Source of the DNA: Acidobacteriota bacterium | GTDB lineage: Bacteria > Acidobacteriota > UBA890 > WLXD01 | Assembly: GCA_965205505.1 (NCBI GenBank) | Contig: CBDBHB010000008.1 | Location: 1,056,001-1,120,000, forward strand | Length of the DNA: 64,000 bases | Direction: 5' to 3' | Shown: positions 48,774-59,397 of the stretch, one piece after another | How the letters are laid out: each line of letters opens with the position of its first letter | How positions within the stretch are numbered: the stretch's first letter is position 1 | Position numbers and translations under genes: made by a program | The notes under the pieces: generated by a model | Seen by the model: the letters and a program-made list of their open reading frames with translations, nothing else | Databases searched by the model: none | What the model was told of the DNA's origin: nothing

Positions 48774-50298
48774 TCGCCGGCGGTGGCGCGCGCCGTGTAG
48801 ATCCGACCGAAGCGATCGACGGCCTCGACCATGACGTCGCGGGCGGTGTCGGACACCGGCGCGTAGAACAAGTGCCCCGTCGGCCTCGGCTCCACCCACG
48901 GCTGGCGGGGCGGTAGCCCCTCGCCGGCGTGCAGCTTGACGCTCATCGGGTCGGGGCCGATGCGTCGCGCCATCTCGCCGCGCCGCACTCCATCCTCGTA
49001 CAACAGGACGGTCCACTGCGGATCCCAGTCCCAGACGTTGGCGACGATCTCGTCGGGCGCCGCAGGGTCGGTGCCGCGTGGGTACACGCGCATCTGGTGG
49101 TCGAACCCCCTCCCGGTCGACTTGTATCGCCAGGTAACTTCCTCGCCGGCGATCTCGTAGACCGAGTACCCCGCGGTGTGCCGTCCCAGCAGATCGGTCC
49201 GCTCCACCAGGCACCGCACACGGTGCCGCTGACATGCTCGTGGGTCCCCTGCTCGAACACGTGCTCGTTCTCGTGCGTATGCCCGGTGAGGATGTGTGCG
49301 ACATACGGCTCGAGCAGCCGATAGAGCTCGTCGCGGTTGGTGATCGCCCCTGACAGGGTCGGGCTCGACTGTCCGCTGCGAACGTGGACGCTCCCCAGCG
49401 CCGGGACGTGCGTCGCCACGATCACCGTACGACCGGGCGCAACCAGGGCCAGATCGTTGCGCAGCCAGGTCAGCGCCTCCTCGGTCAGATAGGCGATATA
49501 TCCCTCGCCGTGCCAGAACACGTCGTCGAGGACGGCGTAGTGGACGGCTCCACGATCGAAGGAGTAACGGCTGGGGCCGAAGTGCCCGCGGAAGGTTACC
49601 GTGGAGGCCGCGTCGGTACCGGCCTGGTCGACATCATGATTGCCGACGACCTGGAAGAACGGAACACCCATGAGCGACACGGCGCGCTCGTACTCAGGAT
49701 AAAGCGCCAGGTTGTCGTACATGATGTCGCCATCGGCGATGCCGACGACCTCGCGATCGCCGAGGCCCCGCAGGGTGAGCTGCACGTCGGGGATCGTCTG
49801 CGTGTGAAACCACCGCATCTCCTCAGGGGTTTTCGTCTGGGGGTCAGCAAACAGCAGCAGCGCGTGCTCCTCGTCGGAGACACCGAGCCTCTGAAGCTCG
49901 AACACCGTCTGCTGTGTCGAACGTTGCGGATCGATGGCGGCATAGTGGCGCGCCGTGCCCGTCGGATTGGTCGGGACCCGAAATCCCGCCGGCGTGGTGA
50001 TGTGCACGAACTCCCGATCCGAGGAGGTCACCAGCTCGAATGTTCCGTCGGAGCCAGTCGCGACCACCTGCAACCCGTCGCTCACGCCGACTCCGGAGAT
50101 TCCGCCGTCGACGGTCCGTACCTGACCGCGGACTCGGATCGGTAACCCCGTCACCGGCGCCGCTTGCAACGGCGCGAACGGATCGGCGATCAGCCGTTCG
50201 GCGAGCAGCGATCCAGCGAAGGCACCGAAGCCATAACGCAGAAACCGGCGTCGGTTGAGAACGGAGTTGGCAACAGACGTCGAGTACTGATTGCCCAT
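48770..50298 (-). pseudogene. Tat-exported calcineurin-like metallophosphoesterase, frameshifted near 49180
   Basis: NRRRFL, ADPQ, GDIMYD, GNHD, GHTH, CGAWW; C-terminus GYSVYE...VANVWDWD is in another frame. Confidence 0.8.
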
Positions 50299-50558
50299 CG
50301 TTCCCCTCGATCCGTAGCTTGGCAAAGACCGGCAGTTCACTACGAGCCCGCTGCCGTCAAATCTCTGGAGCGGTTTGATGCTATCGGGACTGCAAGCAAC
50401 CCACCAGGATTTTCACGAGCAATCGAATTATGCTGACATGGTTGGCAGTGACCTCGGTCAACTGGTCATCCGGTCGAGAAGAAAGCGACGGCTAGCGCCC
50501 AGAACCTCTGCACCGAGGCCCGATTCTCACACCGAGAGCCCGGTGCTCGTCTCTGGAA

Positions 50559-50591
50559 GGGAACCCTTCCCCGCGTTGGAGAAGGGTTCCC
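50559..50591. terminator. Stem-loop downstream of the GST gene
   Basis: GGGAACCCTTC...GAAGGGTTCCC; no clear U-tract. Confidence 0.45.
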
Positions 50592-50663
50592 GACTCAGCA
50601 GCCCGGGCCGCGCGGCATGCAGGCATCGGCGATCATGCGCGCGGCGAGCACCCTACCGTGTCT

Positions 50664-51335
50664 TCAGGCCATCGACATCGTGCGCTGACCCATGGCCGCG
50701 TCGTAGGCCATCAACTTCCGAAGCCACGCACGGGTCTGCGGGCGATCGTCGCCGAGCTTCAGGTTGTCGTGAAAGAACTGCGCGATGGGATGCTGCGCCG
50801 CCATCTCGGCGGTCATGTCCGCCAGGTACAACGGCGCGGCACAGACGATATCGGCGGCGGTGAGGCCATCGCCCACCAGGAACTTGTCGGCGCCCACCTT
50901 CTGCTCGAGGTCGGCCGTGCACTCGGAGAGCATCTGGTTGGCCTGGGCGAGCGCGTCAGGGTCGGCCTCGGGCGAGAACGCCTGACCGAAGACCATGCCG
51001 ATCGCCGGGCCGATCTGCGTGCTGGCAAAACCCTCCCACGTCTCGATCTCGCCGAAGGTAGTGTAGTCGTCGGTGAAGATCGATGGCGTGTCGTGGAAGT
51101 TCGCCTCGATGTAGCGCAGGATCGCGCCCGAATCGAAGATCACGGTCTCGCCGTGCTGCAGAATCGGAAAGCGCGGCTGCCGCGACAAGCTCACTGCCGT
51201 GGCGCGGTCGCCGGGATAGTTGTCCAGCTCCACGGGTACGCGATCGTACTCGAGCCCCTTGTAGCCGAGGGCGATACGGATCTTGACACTGTTGGGGGAG
51301 CCGGTGAGCTCATGCAGCGTGAGCGTAGCGCTCAT
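50664..51335 (-). CDS. Glutathione S-transferase family protein
   Basis: SPNSVKIRIAL, PIL, FDSGAILRYI, FLVGDGLTAADI. Confidence 0.85.
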   Translation of the reverse strand: MSATLTLHELTGSPNSVKIRIALGYKGLEYDRVPVELDNYPGDRATAVSLSRQPRFPILQHGETVIFDSGAILRYIEANFHDTPSIFTDDYTTFGEIETWEGFASTQIGPAIGMVFGQAFSPEADPDALAQANQMLSECTADLEQKVGADKFLVGDGLTAADIVCAAPLYLADMTAEMAAQHPIAQFFHDNLKLGDDRPQTRAWLRKLMAYDAAMGQRTMSMA

Positions 51336-51503
51336 GGATTCCTCCATCGTGTTTGGGGTGGCCGTTTCGTTCGAGTCGCTTCTGCACGACCCGCTTCTAC
51401 CCTATGACGTTTGATCGGCGTCGTTTCGGACCGTGCCAGGGTTTTTGTTCAACCCTTCACACACCCGGAAGATATCTGTTCTCCCCGGAAGTCGCTTGAA
51501 TCA

Positions 51504-54500
51504 TCACCGCTCCCCTGAGTCGGTCGGCTCCAAGCGCCACCACCACTGGGGCGCCAATGGCCGCTGCCGGGGCCAGACCTCGGTGAGCGTGTCGGCCTCG
51601 TACAGTCGGCCGTTCTTCATTACGTAGCTGATCGACGTCGTGTTCGCGAGGTCCTCGAGTGGATTCTCGTCGAGCACCTGGAGATCGGCGAGCTTGCCTA
51701 CCTCTAGTGAGCCGATGTCACCGGCCAAACCGATGGCGTCGGCGCTACCGAGTGTCGCGATGCGCAGCGCCTGATGGTTGCCCATGCCGCCGGAAGCCAT
51801 CATCCACAGCTCCCAATGCGTACCCAGACCCTGCACCTCACCATGCGAGCCGAGGCCAGCTTTGCCGCCCGCCTCCACCCACTTGGCGAGCTGTATCGCG
51901 TGCAGCGGGTGAACGTACTGGTCGTCGCGATAGAACTGCACACTCTTCCACTTGTCGAGCTCGTCGTGCGGCGTGAAAAACTTCGGTCGCTCGATCTCGT
52001 CGACGTTGGTATGCGTCAGGTAGTACTCGCGACCGGAAGGGCCTCCGTAGGCAACGATGAAGGTGGGCGTGTACGTCAGGCCGCTGAACTGCCCGAGCTC
52101 GACGACGTCCCCGTAGAACGGACTTATCGGCAGGGAATGCTCGAGGCCAGCGTAGCCGTCCTGCATGAGTGTGAGGTTCATGGCGAAGTTGGAGCCGCCC
52201 TCGGTGGTGGGCGTCAACCCCAGCTCCCGCGCTGCCATGATGACCCACTGGCGCACTTTGCGATCACCGGCCATGTACTGCTTGATGGTGCGGGTATTGA
52301 AGTGATCAGAGTAGCGGCGCAGCACGTCACGCGCGTCGTCGAGGCTCTTGATGTCGTCGGCGGAGAACACCCCCGGCCCCGTGGAGTAGAGGCGCGGCCC
52401 GACAAGCTCGCCCACCTCCATGAGATCGCTGTAGGTCACGATGTCTTCGGACGACGTCTGCGGGTCGCGCTGCGTGGTGACGCCATAGGCGAGCTGTGCG
52501 AGGAATTGCGAAACCTGACCGCGATGAAGCCCCCACGCCACCCACGTATGGGCGTGGATATCCACCAGCCCCGGTAGGATGGTCTTGCCGGCCAAATCGC
52601 GGACCTCGGCGTCAGAGGGATAGTCGACCTCGCCGGACCGGCCGATGGCGACGATACGGTTGTCGGTAACCACGATATCCCCCGAGGGGATGACCTCCAC
52701 GCCGCGCATGGTGATGAGCCTGGCTCCTCGAAGGACCAGTGTTCCTCGCGGCTTGTCTTTAACTACCCGGATCTCCACATCGACGCGGTGCGCCTCATAC
52801 TCAGGCCGTTCGTCGTCACCGTTTTCATCCTCGTTGGCCTCGTCAGCGTCCGAATCTTCTTCGGCTACCGCCGTTACGACGTCGCCCTCGCTCGCATCCG
52901 CCGCGGCGTTGTCGGCCTGTTTCGACGCTTCCGTCACCGCTTCCGCCATGGCGATGTCGTGGCGGAAGAAGCTGCGCCCGATCGAGTAGTAGGCAACGGC
53001 ACCGTCGTTAGTCCAGCCGATGAAGTCGCCGCCGATACGTGTCAACCGCCACGTCGGTACGACCGATGACTCGGACGCTGAAACCTCTGGCGCCTCGCCA
53101 CCCACCGGCGGCACGGTGATCATGTAGACGTTGCGGCTCACGCGCACTAGCGCCCGATTGCCGTCGGGCGAGATCACCACCTCGTCGGGCGTCGGTGGGT
53201 CACCACGCGGGCCTCCGGGCGAGGGCGCCGTTACCTTGATGATCGGCCTGAAATCGGTACCGTCGTAACGCATCGACAGCAGGCCTTCCGACCCGGCCCA
53301 CACGTAGACGCGCTCGGGATCTGGCCCAAGGTGGGGCGCGTTGCGCCCCTGCTGTGTGGCCCCGGCGCCAACCCAGGTAATGCGTGTCGGCACACCACCG
53401 TCGGCCGGCAACCACACGTACTTGAGCTCCGCGGCGCCACCGTGCCGACCGAAATCTTCCAGCGTGCGCATGCGGTGCATCCTCGATCCGCGCACCGCCA
53501 CCAGCCGCGATCCGTCGCGCATGTAGCTCAGCTTGTCGAAGAACGCCGCAGTGGGCGTGAGTCGCTCCGGCTCCCCGGTGCTGTCGGCCCGAACCCGATA
53601 AATGTTGCCGCCGTCAGTGTCGTTCCAGGTGACGTAGGAGATGAACTGCCCGTCCGGCGACCAGGCCGGCGCGTGCTCCACATCGGTCGACGAGGTCAGC
53701 CGCGTCGCGTCTCTGATGACGGGATGCGCCGCAGTCCCCTGCCCCGGGCCGGCTTCTGCCGCGGCCATGAGGTCGTCGAGGTCCGTCGGAAGCGGCGGCA
53801 GATCGGCAATCCACAGGCGATCGAGCGCCGCAAAAACCACCCGCGAGCCATCCGGAGAGGGTCGCGCGCCGCGGATCTGCGACACCGTCAACATCTCGTC
53901 ATCGATCGGATAGTCGAACTTTACCAGTGGACCGAGTTCCTGGCTGACCGCAGCGGTGAAGGGAATCGGGGTCACCGCCCCCGAGGGCACCTCCACCCGC
54001 CAGATCTTGCCGTCGTAGCTGGTGATCAAGGCGCTGGAGTCCGGCGTGAAGGCCGAGCCGGGGTAAACGTCGCGATCGCGCCTACCGCCTCCTTGGCTGT
54101 CGTCACGCTGGACATCCATCAACAACCAGCGTTCCTCGCCGGTCGACAGGCCGATGAGCTTGAGTGCCTCGCGCGCGTCGTATCGCGTGGCGTAGACGAG
54201 CCAGCGTCCATCGGGGCTGGCGATCGGGCGCAGGGCACCCTCGAGCTCATGGCTGCGCACATGAACCCGTCCCGTGTCACGATCGAGCTGGCCGATCTGA
54301 TAGGGCCCCACCAAGCGTGCCGAGCTGCGAGCACCGTGATCCGGACCGAAGTCATCGCGCCACGCGGCGTGGCTGGCAGTGACGAAGCCACCGCCCAGGT
54401 CTCCCCGCAGATTGACCCACAGGTAACGAGGATCATCCGACAGCGCGGCGCCGAAGAGCCCCGGTTGCGATCCATCGTCGTCGTCGGCCGATCCGGTTAG

Positions 54501-55040
54501 CTGCAGACCCGATCCCCCATCGACGTGATAGAGCCACAGCTGCGATCCCTTGGTGGCGATCACGTAGTCGCCGTCGGGAGTCCAAATCGGCGACAGGTAA
54601 TTGTCCTTCTCGCTGGTGGTCAGCGCGTGCGCATCGCCACCATCGGCATCGGCGATCCACAGGTTCTCGGACCCGTTGCGGTCGCTCACGAATACCAACT
54701 GCGAGCCGTCCGGCGAGTAGCGTGGCTGCATATCGTAGGCTTGACCATCGGTAATGCGAGTCGCCGTTCCGCCAATCACTGGGAGCGTGTACAGATCGCC
54801 CAGAAGCTCGAACGCTATGGTGCTCCCGTCCGGCGACAGGTCGAGCGAGATCCAGGTGCCCTCGTCGGTAGTGAACTCCAGGGTGCGCGTGGTGATCAGG
54901 GGCAGCCTATCGGACTCCTTGGCCGCGGCGGCCGACTCGTCATTTTCGGCCGGCGTCTGAGCAAGTGCCGGCAGCGCAACCAAGGCACAGACGACGAGGC
55001 ATCGGACGACTCCGGCGTAGCGAGATGGAAGGCTGCTCAT
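51504..55040 (-). CDS. Secreted amidohydrolase with N-terminal PD40/TolB repeats
   Basis: EGTWISLDLSPDG; LPGLVDIHAH; GSHG; IGSLEVGKLADL. Confidence 0.9.
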   Translation of the reverse strand: MSSLPSRYAGVVRCLVVCALVALPALAQTPAENDESAAAAKESDRLPLITTRTLEFTTDEGTWISLDLSPDGSTIAFELLGDLYTLPVIGGTATRITDGQAYDMQPRYSPDGSQLVFVSDRNGSENLWIADADGGDAHALTTSEKDNYLSPIWTPDGDYVIATKGSQLWLYHVDGGSGLQLTGSADDDDGSQPGLFGAALSDDPRYLWVNLRGDLGGGFVTASHAAWRDDFGPDHGARSSARLVGPYQIGQLDRDTGRVHVRSHELEGALRPIASPDGRWLVYATRYDAREALKLIGLSTGEERWLLMDVQRDDSQGGGRRDRDVYPGSAFTPDSSALITSYDGKIWRVEVPSGAVTPIPFTAAVSQELGPLVKFDYPIDDEMLTVSQIRGARPSPDGSRVVFAALDRLWIADLPPLPTDLDDLMAAAEAGPGQGTAAHPVIRDATRLTSSTDVEHAPAWSPDGQFISYVTWNDTDGGNIYRVRADSTGEPERLTPTAAFFDKLSYMRDGSRLVAVRGSRMHRMRTLEDFGRHGGAAELKYVWLPADGGVPTRITWVGAGATQQGRNAPHLGPDPERVYVWAGSEGLLSMRYDGTDFRPIIKVTAPSPGGPRGDPPTPDEVVISPDGNRALVRVSRNVYMITVPPVGGEAPEVSASESSVVPTWRLTRIGGDFIGWTNDGAVAYYSIGRSFFRHDIAMAEAVTEASKQADNAAADASEGDVVTAVAEEDSDADEANEDENGDDERPEYEAHRVDVEIRVVKDKPRGTLVLRGARLITMRGVEVIPSGDIVVTDNRIVAIGRSGEVDYPSDAEVRDLAGKTILPGLVDIHAHTWVAWGLHRGQVSQFLAQLAYGVTTQRDPQTSSEDIVTYSDLMEVGELVGPRLYSTGPGVFSADDIKSLDDARDVLRRYSDHFNTRTIKQYMAGDRKVRQWVIMAARELGLTPTTEGGSNFAMNLTLMQDGYAGLEHSLPISPFYGDVVELGQFSGLTYTPTFIVAYGGPSGREYYLTHTNVDEIERPKFFTPHDELDKWKSVQFYRDDQYVHPLHAIQLAKWVEAGGKAGLGSHGEVQGLGTHWELWMMASGGMGNHQALRIATLGSADAIGLAGDIGSLEVGKLADLQVLDENPLEDLANTTSISYVMKNGRLYEADTLTEVWPRQRPLAPQWWWRLEPTDSGER

Positions 55041-55182
55041 CGGTCTCCAGGGGCTACGGCGAGCGCTCGGGGTCCGTTGCCCCGTTCCGGCTGCAAGGGT
55101 TACGCTGCGCCCTCACCTGTCACCGCTCGCCAGGCTCTTGAAACGGCGCCTGTCGAGTCTACATTGGTAGGAACGTCGTTCC

Positions 55183-55305
55183 ATGTCGCTTGCCGCCGGC
55201 ACCGAGCTGGACCACCCCTACGTGGCGGCGATCTACGGGCTCGAGCGGTCGGCGAACGATAACGATACGACTTCCGGAGACACCAGAGCGCTGAGGCATG
55301 GGTGA
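55183..55305 (+). pseudogene. Collapsed Ser/Thr kinase remnant
   Basis: MSLAAGTEL joined to DHPYVAAIYGLERS...TRAL (N-terminus fused to the HPNI region). Confidence 0.65.
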
Positions 55306-55314
55306 GACGATCCG

Positions 55315-55798
55315 ATGATGAGTGACGCAAGCAACACCGACGATGGCGCGGCCGTACGGATTCCACCGCCGCTGATCTATCTGGCGGGGATCATCGTCGC
55401 AAGCCTGGTGCACGCCTACGTGCGGCCAATGCCGCTGATGCTCGAATTCGGGCCGCGGCTGGCGGTGTCGCTGACGTTCGTGATGCTAGGCATCGTGCTG
55501 ATGGCGGGCGCGGTGGGTCTGTTCAAGCGCACCGGACAGGACCCCAAGCCATGGAAGTCGACACCAGAGATCATCTCCACTGGCGTCTACCGCTTCACCC
55601 GCAACCCGATGTACCTGGGCCTAGCGCTACTGCAGATCGGCATCGGCGCCGGATTGGAGAACGGGTGGATTGTGGTGTTTGTGCCGCCGGTACTGCTCGC
55701 TGTCTCGGACGGCGATCCGTCACGAGGAAGCCTATCTGGAAGGCAAGTTCGGCGACGTGTACCTGGAATACAAGCGCTCGGTGCGCCGCTGGCTCTGA
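55315..55798 (+). pseudogene. ICMT/PEMT-family methyltransferase, frameshifted near 55705
   Basis: IPPPLIY, GVYRFTRNPMYLG; tail AIRHEEAYLEGKFG...YKRSVRRWL is in another frame. Confidence 0.8.
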
Positions 55799-55835
55799 GC
55801 AACAACGCCGACACGTTGAGCTGCTCCGCAGCCAA

Positions 55836-56624
55836 TCAGCTGACAATTCCCTGCTCCTCGAGAAAGCGAAGCACGGCGGTCCAGGGGCGTGGGCAGTCAT
55901 TGTGTCCGCACGGCATGCGAACGATCGGTGTCCCCGCGGCGCGGGCAAGCGCCTCGCCATGGCCATAGGGGATCACCTGATCTAGTTCACCGTGCAACAC
56001 GAGGGTCGGAGCCACGCGCGACGCTGCCACCGCCAGGTTGTCGAAGGGATCGAGCACCAGAGCTCGCGGCAGATACCACGGTCCAGCCGCAGCTACGCTG
56101 GTGAACGTCGACTCCAGCACCAGCGCTGCAACTGGCCGAACGGCGCCAAGCGCACAGGCAGCGCCGCCGCCCAGAGAACGCCCGTAGGCGACGATTCGGG
56201 CGCCGTCGACATCTGGCTGCTGAAGGAGGAAATCGAAGGCTGCGACCATCGTGTCGGTGATCGACTCCTGGGTCGCCTTGCCTCCCGACCGGCCGTAGCT
56301 CGGGTACTCCACCAGGAGCACACCGAGCCCAGCCTCGGTGAGGTGCCCGACCGGCGCCAGCCAGTCGTCGATGAGCTCGCCGTTGCCGTGCGAGAAGATG
56401 ACCACCGGAAACGGTGCCAAGGTCGGGGCGGGACGCAAGAGCCACGCTTCGACCGCCGCGGCATCCCCGAGCCAAGCGGTCTCCGCCCCAACTGGCAGCG
56501 CCGGCGCGGGCCCCGGATGAGGTAGACGCGGATACATCACGCCTCGCTGCACGCCCAGGATCACGCCGACGTAGGCGAGGCCGAGCAGCGCAATAACGGC
56601 CGCGCTAGTCAACGATCTCTGCAA
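55836..56624 (-). CDS. Alpha/beta hydrolase (Bem46/ABHD-like)
   Basis: HGNGELI, YGRSLGG, LESTFTS, HGELD, GHND. Confidence 0.8.
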   Translation of the reverse strand: MQRSLTSAAVIALLGLAYVGVILGVQRGVMYPRLPHPGPAPALPVGAETAWLGDAAAVEAWLLRPAPTLAPFPVVIFSHGNGELIDDWLAPVGHLTEAGLGVLLVEYPSYGRSGGKATQESITDTMVAAFDFLLQQPDVDGARIVAYGRSLGGGAACALGAVRPVAALVLESTFTSVAAAGPWYLPRALVLDPFDNLAVAASRVAPTLVLHGELDQVIPYGHGEALARAAGTPIVRMPCGHNDCPRPWTAVLRFLEEQGIVS

Positions 56625-57531
56625 GTCTCAGCAACCTAGCGGGGTGTCTCACGAACCGGGCGGCTGCTCTCTTCAAGCTCTTCACGGCATCCCAAGCGGC
56701 ACGCTGCAGCAGGTTCGCGTCGGCCGCCGAGAGGGCACTGATATCACTTGCGGCACCTTCCCCCGACTGGCCGAAGCGCGTGCTGAGGCGCAATGCAGGC
56801 AGTCCTTCCGGTGACCGTCCCAGCAGGGTCGCGTAGAAGACACAGGCCGCAACATAGGTTCCGCTCGGTGACGGGTGGCTTTGGTCCTCGTGGTACAGCG
56901 CCAGGGTCGGCCTCCCCTGAATCGCCAGGGCCCAGGCGATACCGACCGGCGACACCATCGCGCCGAGCTCGTCGGCGATACTCGTGTAGGCGTCGGTCAA
57001 TGCCTGTTGCGTCTCCGGGCGATGCTGTCGGGCCCAGGTGAGATAGAACACTGTTCGGGCACCGGACTTCCTGATCTCCGCGTCCAGCAGCCTGGCGTAC
57101 TTGAAGAACTGCTCGCGATCGGTGATCGGGCGAGTGCTCTGCTCCTGCAGCACGACGTGGCTCCAGCCGCCCTGGCGGATCGCTTCGACGGCGTTACCCT
57201 CCGACCAATGACGCTCGAGGGTCGCCCCACCGACCGTCACCTTCGCCACCTCCACGGCAGGAGCATCCGGGACCAACGCCGCCAGGCGCTGGGTCAGCAG
57301 CGGTAGATCGTTCACATACGTGTAGCTGTTACCGATGAACAGCACACGCAGACCGGCCTGCGACGTGACGGTAGGCGCTGCGGTCGCGTCGGCGAAGGTC
57401 GGGCTCGCCGCCGACCCGCAGACGGATAGTACGACCAACACGACGACGATGGCGCAGGGGCGCTGCGTCGCGGGCATCCGAGGTCTGCTACGAGCCGTCG
57501 TCACGAGCCCGAGCATCCTACGCTCCGCCAC
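56605..57531 (-). CDS. SGNH/GDSL hydrolase; start uncertain (57477-57531)
   Basis: VLFIGNSYT, VVLQEQS, DQSHPS. Confidence 0.8.
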   Translation of the reverse strand: MAERRMLGLVTTARSRPRMPATQRPCAIVVVLVVLSVCGSAASPTFADATAAPTVTSQAGLRVLFIGNSYTYVNDLPLLTQRLAALVPDAPAVEVAKVTVGGATLERHWSEGNAVEAIRQGGWSHVVLQEQSTRPITDREQFFKYARLLDAEIRKSGARTVFYLTWARQHRPETQQALTDAYTSIADELGAMVSPVGIAWALAIQGRPTLALYHEDQSHPSPSGTYVAACVFYATLLGRSPEGLPALRLSTRFGQSGEGAASDISALSAADANLLQRAAWDAVKSLKRAAARFVRHPARLLRLAEIVD

Positions 57532-58306
57532 GCGGCAGGAAGAGCTCCACCTGAAAGCCCTCGGCGTAGCTGGCGTCGATTCTCAGCTCCGCGGCAATCG
57601 TGGCGTTCAGCTCGAGGATCCGGTCGTCGAAGCCGCTACCGCGATGCTGCAGGTTCCGCTCTTGCTGTGACCGGTGGAACCGCAGCATCTGCCGCTTCCA
57701 TTGCGAGTCGCTCTCGTCGAACGGGAGATACGCGTCGACTCGTATGTCGATGGTCTTGGGATCGCGCTGGTACAGCGCCAGCACGTGTCTCGCGGCATTC
57801 GGCGCCATCTCGCGGAACGTCGCGAACGTGCGACGGTGCCCGGCGTTGGTGTCGTTACCATGGGGGAGCATCACGATGTCGGGCTCGATTCCGTAAAACA
57901 GCGCCGCCAGGGCGTCGCGCGAGTCAGCGTCCAGACGCAGCTCTCCGTTATCGCTGACCGGGAGGCGTAGGAACACGACGTTGTCCGGGGGGAGCCCGAA
58001 GAAGCGCAGCGCTTCAACCTGCTCCGTCTCGCGAACATCGATCTTCCGCTGGTCGGTGGCGGGCGTCAGGAACGAGTCCAACACACCGGACGCGCCGCCG
58101 GTGAGCACCGCCAGGGTGATATCGGCGGCCGCCTCGAAGAAGTACCTCATGGTGACCGCGACCTCGTCGAAGTCGTCGGGGTGCTGTGCCAGTACGAGAA
58201 TACGGAGCGCCGGCGGCGGGCTCAGCTCAGCCAGTGACTGGGGGCCTTCGGCCGCCCCCCCAAGCTGGAGGAGAAACTCGGTACACGCCGTCGTGGTCGT
58301 AGTCAC
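57518..58306 (-). CDS. PIG-L family deacetylase
   Basis: HPDD, RETEQ, DTNAGH, FHRSQ. Confidence 0.8.
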   Translation of the reverse strand: MTTTTTACTEFLLQLGGAAEGPQSLAELSPPPALRILVLAQHPDDFDEVAVTMRYFFEAAADITLAVLTGGASGVLDSFLTPATDQRKIDVRETEQVEALRFFGLPPDNVVFLRLPVSDNGELRLDADSRDALAALFYGIEPDIVMLPHGNDTNAGHRRTFATFREMAPNAARHVLALYQRDPKTIDIRVDAYLPFDESDSQWKRQMLRFHRSQQERNLQHRGSGFDDRILELNATIAAELRIDASYAEGFQVELFLPRGGA

Positions 58307-59085
58307 GCCGCCCAGTGCTGATCGCGCACAAACAGCAACCGATCATCGTCCGACATGTCCGGCCGGAAACCATAGCCCTCTTCAGCGAAGTCCTTGAGAC
58401 CGTCGAGTCTGTCCACCCGATTCTTGACGACGAACCGCGCCATCAACCCACGAGCGCGTTTCGCGGAGAAGCTGATTGTCTTCGGCTGGCCGTCGCGGAT
58501 CTCTTTGAACAGGGCCGTAACCAAGGGTGGCTTCAGCTCACCAGAGCGGACGCCCTTGAAGTACTCGTTCGACGCGAGGTTGAGGATCAGCCTGACCGGA
58601 CGTTGTTCGTGCTCGGCATTGAGTGCCTCGGTCAAGCGGCCGCCCCAGAAGTCGTACAGGTTCTTGCCGCGCTCGTTGTCGAGCCGCGTCCCCATCTCCA
58701 GACGATAGGGCTGGATCAAGTCCAGCGGCCGAAGCAACCCGTAGAAGCCAGACAGAATGCGCAGCCGGCGTTGCGCCCACGTGAGGTCGCGCTTCGACAG
58801 GCTCGCCGCGGCCAGCCCGCGGTACACGTCGCCGCCGAAGGCCAACAGGCACGGCTTCGAGTTGTCGGGTGTAAACGGCAGCGTCATCTCGTGGAATCGC
58901 TGCCGATTTAGCTCGGCCAGCGGCTGGCTGAGCTTCATCAGCTTGCGCAAATCGGCAACGGTGAGCTTGCGGCAGCGCTTCAGCAACAGCTTGATGTCGC
59001 GCTCGAAGCGCGGCTCCGTGGTCGGCAGCCCGTCGGCGCGGAATCCAAAGTCCATCGTCTTGGCGGGAGAAAGCAAGGTCAGCAT
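58303..59085 (-). CDS. yaaA: Peroxide stress protein YaaA
   Basis: LSPAKTMDF, FGGDVYRGL, YGLLRPLDLIQPYRLEMGT, NLASNEY, AKRARGLM. Confidence 0.92.
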   Translation of the reverse strand: MLTLLSPAKTMDFGFRADGLPTTEPRFERDIKLLLKRCRKLTVADLRKLMKLSQPLAELNRQRFHEMTLPFTPDNSKPCLLAFGGDVYRGLAAASLSKRDLTWAQRRLRILSGFYGLLRPLDLIQPYRLEMGTRLDNERGKNLYDFWGGRLTEALNAEHEQRPVRLILNLASNEYFKGVRSGELKPPLVTALFKEIRDGQPKTISFSAKRARGLMARFVVKNRVDRLDGLKDFAEEGYGFRPDMSDDDRLLFVRDQHWAA

Positions 59086-59108
59086 GGGTCACTCGGTCTC
59101 GATGTTCT

Positions 59109-59212
59109 AGCAGGCCGTGGTGAAAGTGTGGTGGGTCTGGTTCTCCTCTCTCCTTGCTTCCACTTCGCAAGACCCTGTCGCCAGACCCACCACACTTTCA
59201 CCACGGCCTGCT
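59109..59212. mobile_element. MITE-like element with 32-bp perfect inverted repeats
   Basis: AGCAGGCCGTGGTGAAAGTGTGGTGGGTCTGG, 40-bp spacer, then the exact reverse complement; CTAG at both sides. Confidence 0.65.
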
Positions 59213-59397
59213 CTAGGCAACCGGAAAACACGGTGCCAGGGGCTGTGGGTAGGCGGATAGATTCTACCTCTTGCGGAGGAAGTTCTCGGTTCCGCCGGAG
59301 CACGCCTCGAGTACCGGAGCAAGGAACTCTTTTGACACCCAGGGGCTGGCATTCTAGGTTGCCCGGCAGTTGGCGATCACTACACGTGGAGGCTGTC

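Noticed and set aside
59216-59397. Guanidine-I riboswitch upstream of the DUF1989 gene
   Set aside because: The conserved CTAGGGTTCCG and AAAAGCCCGGGAG elements were not seen.
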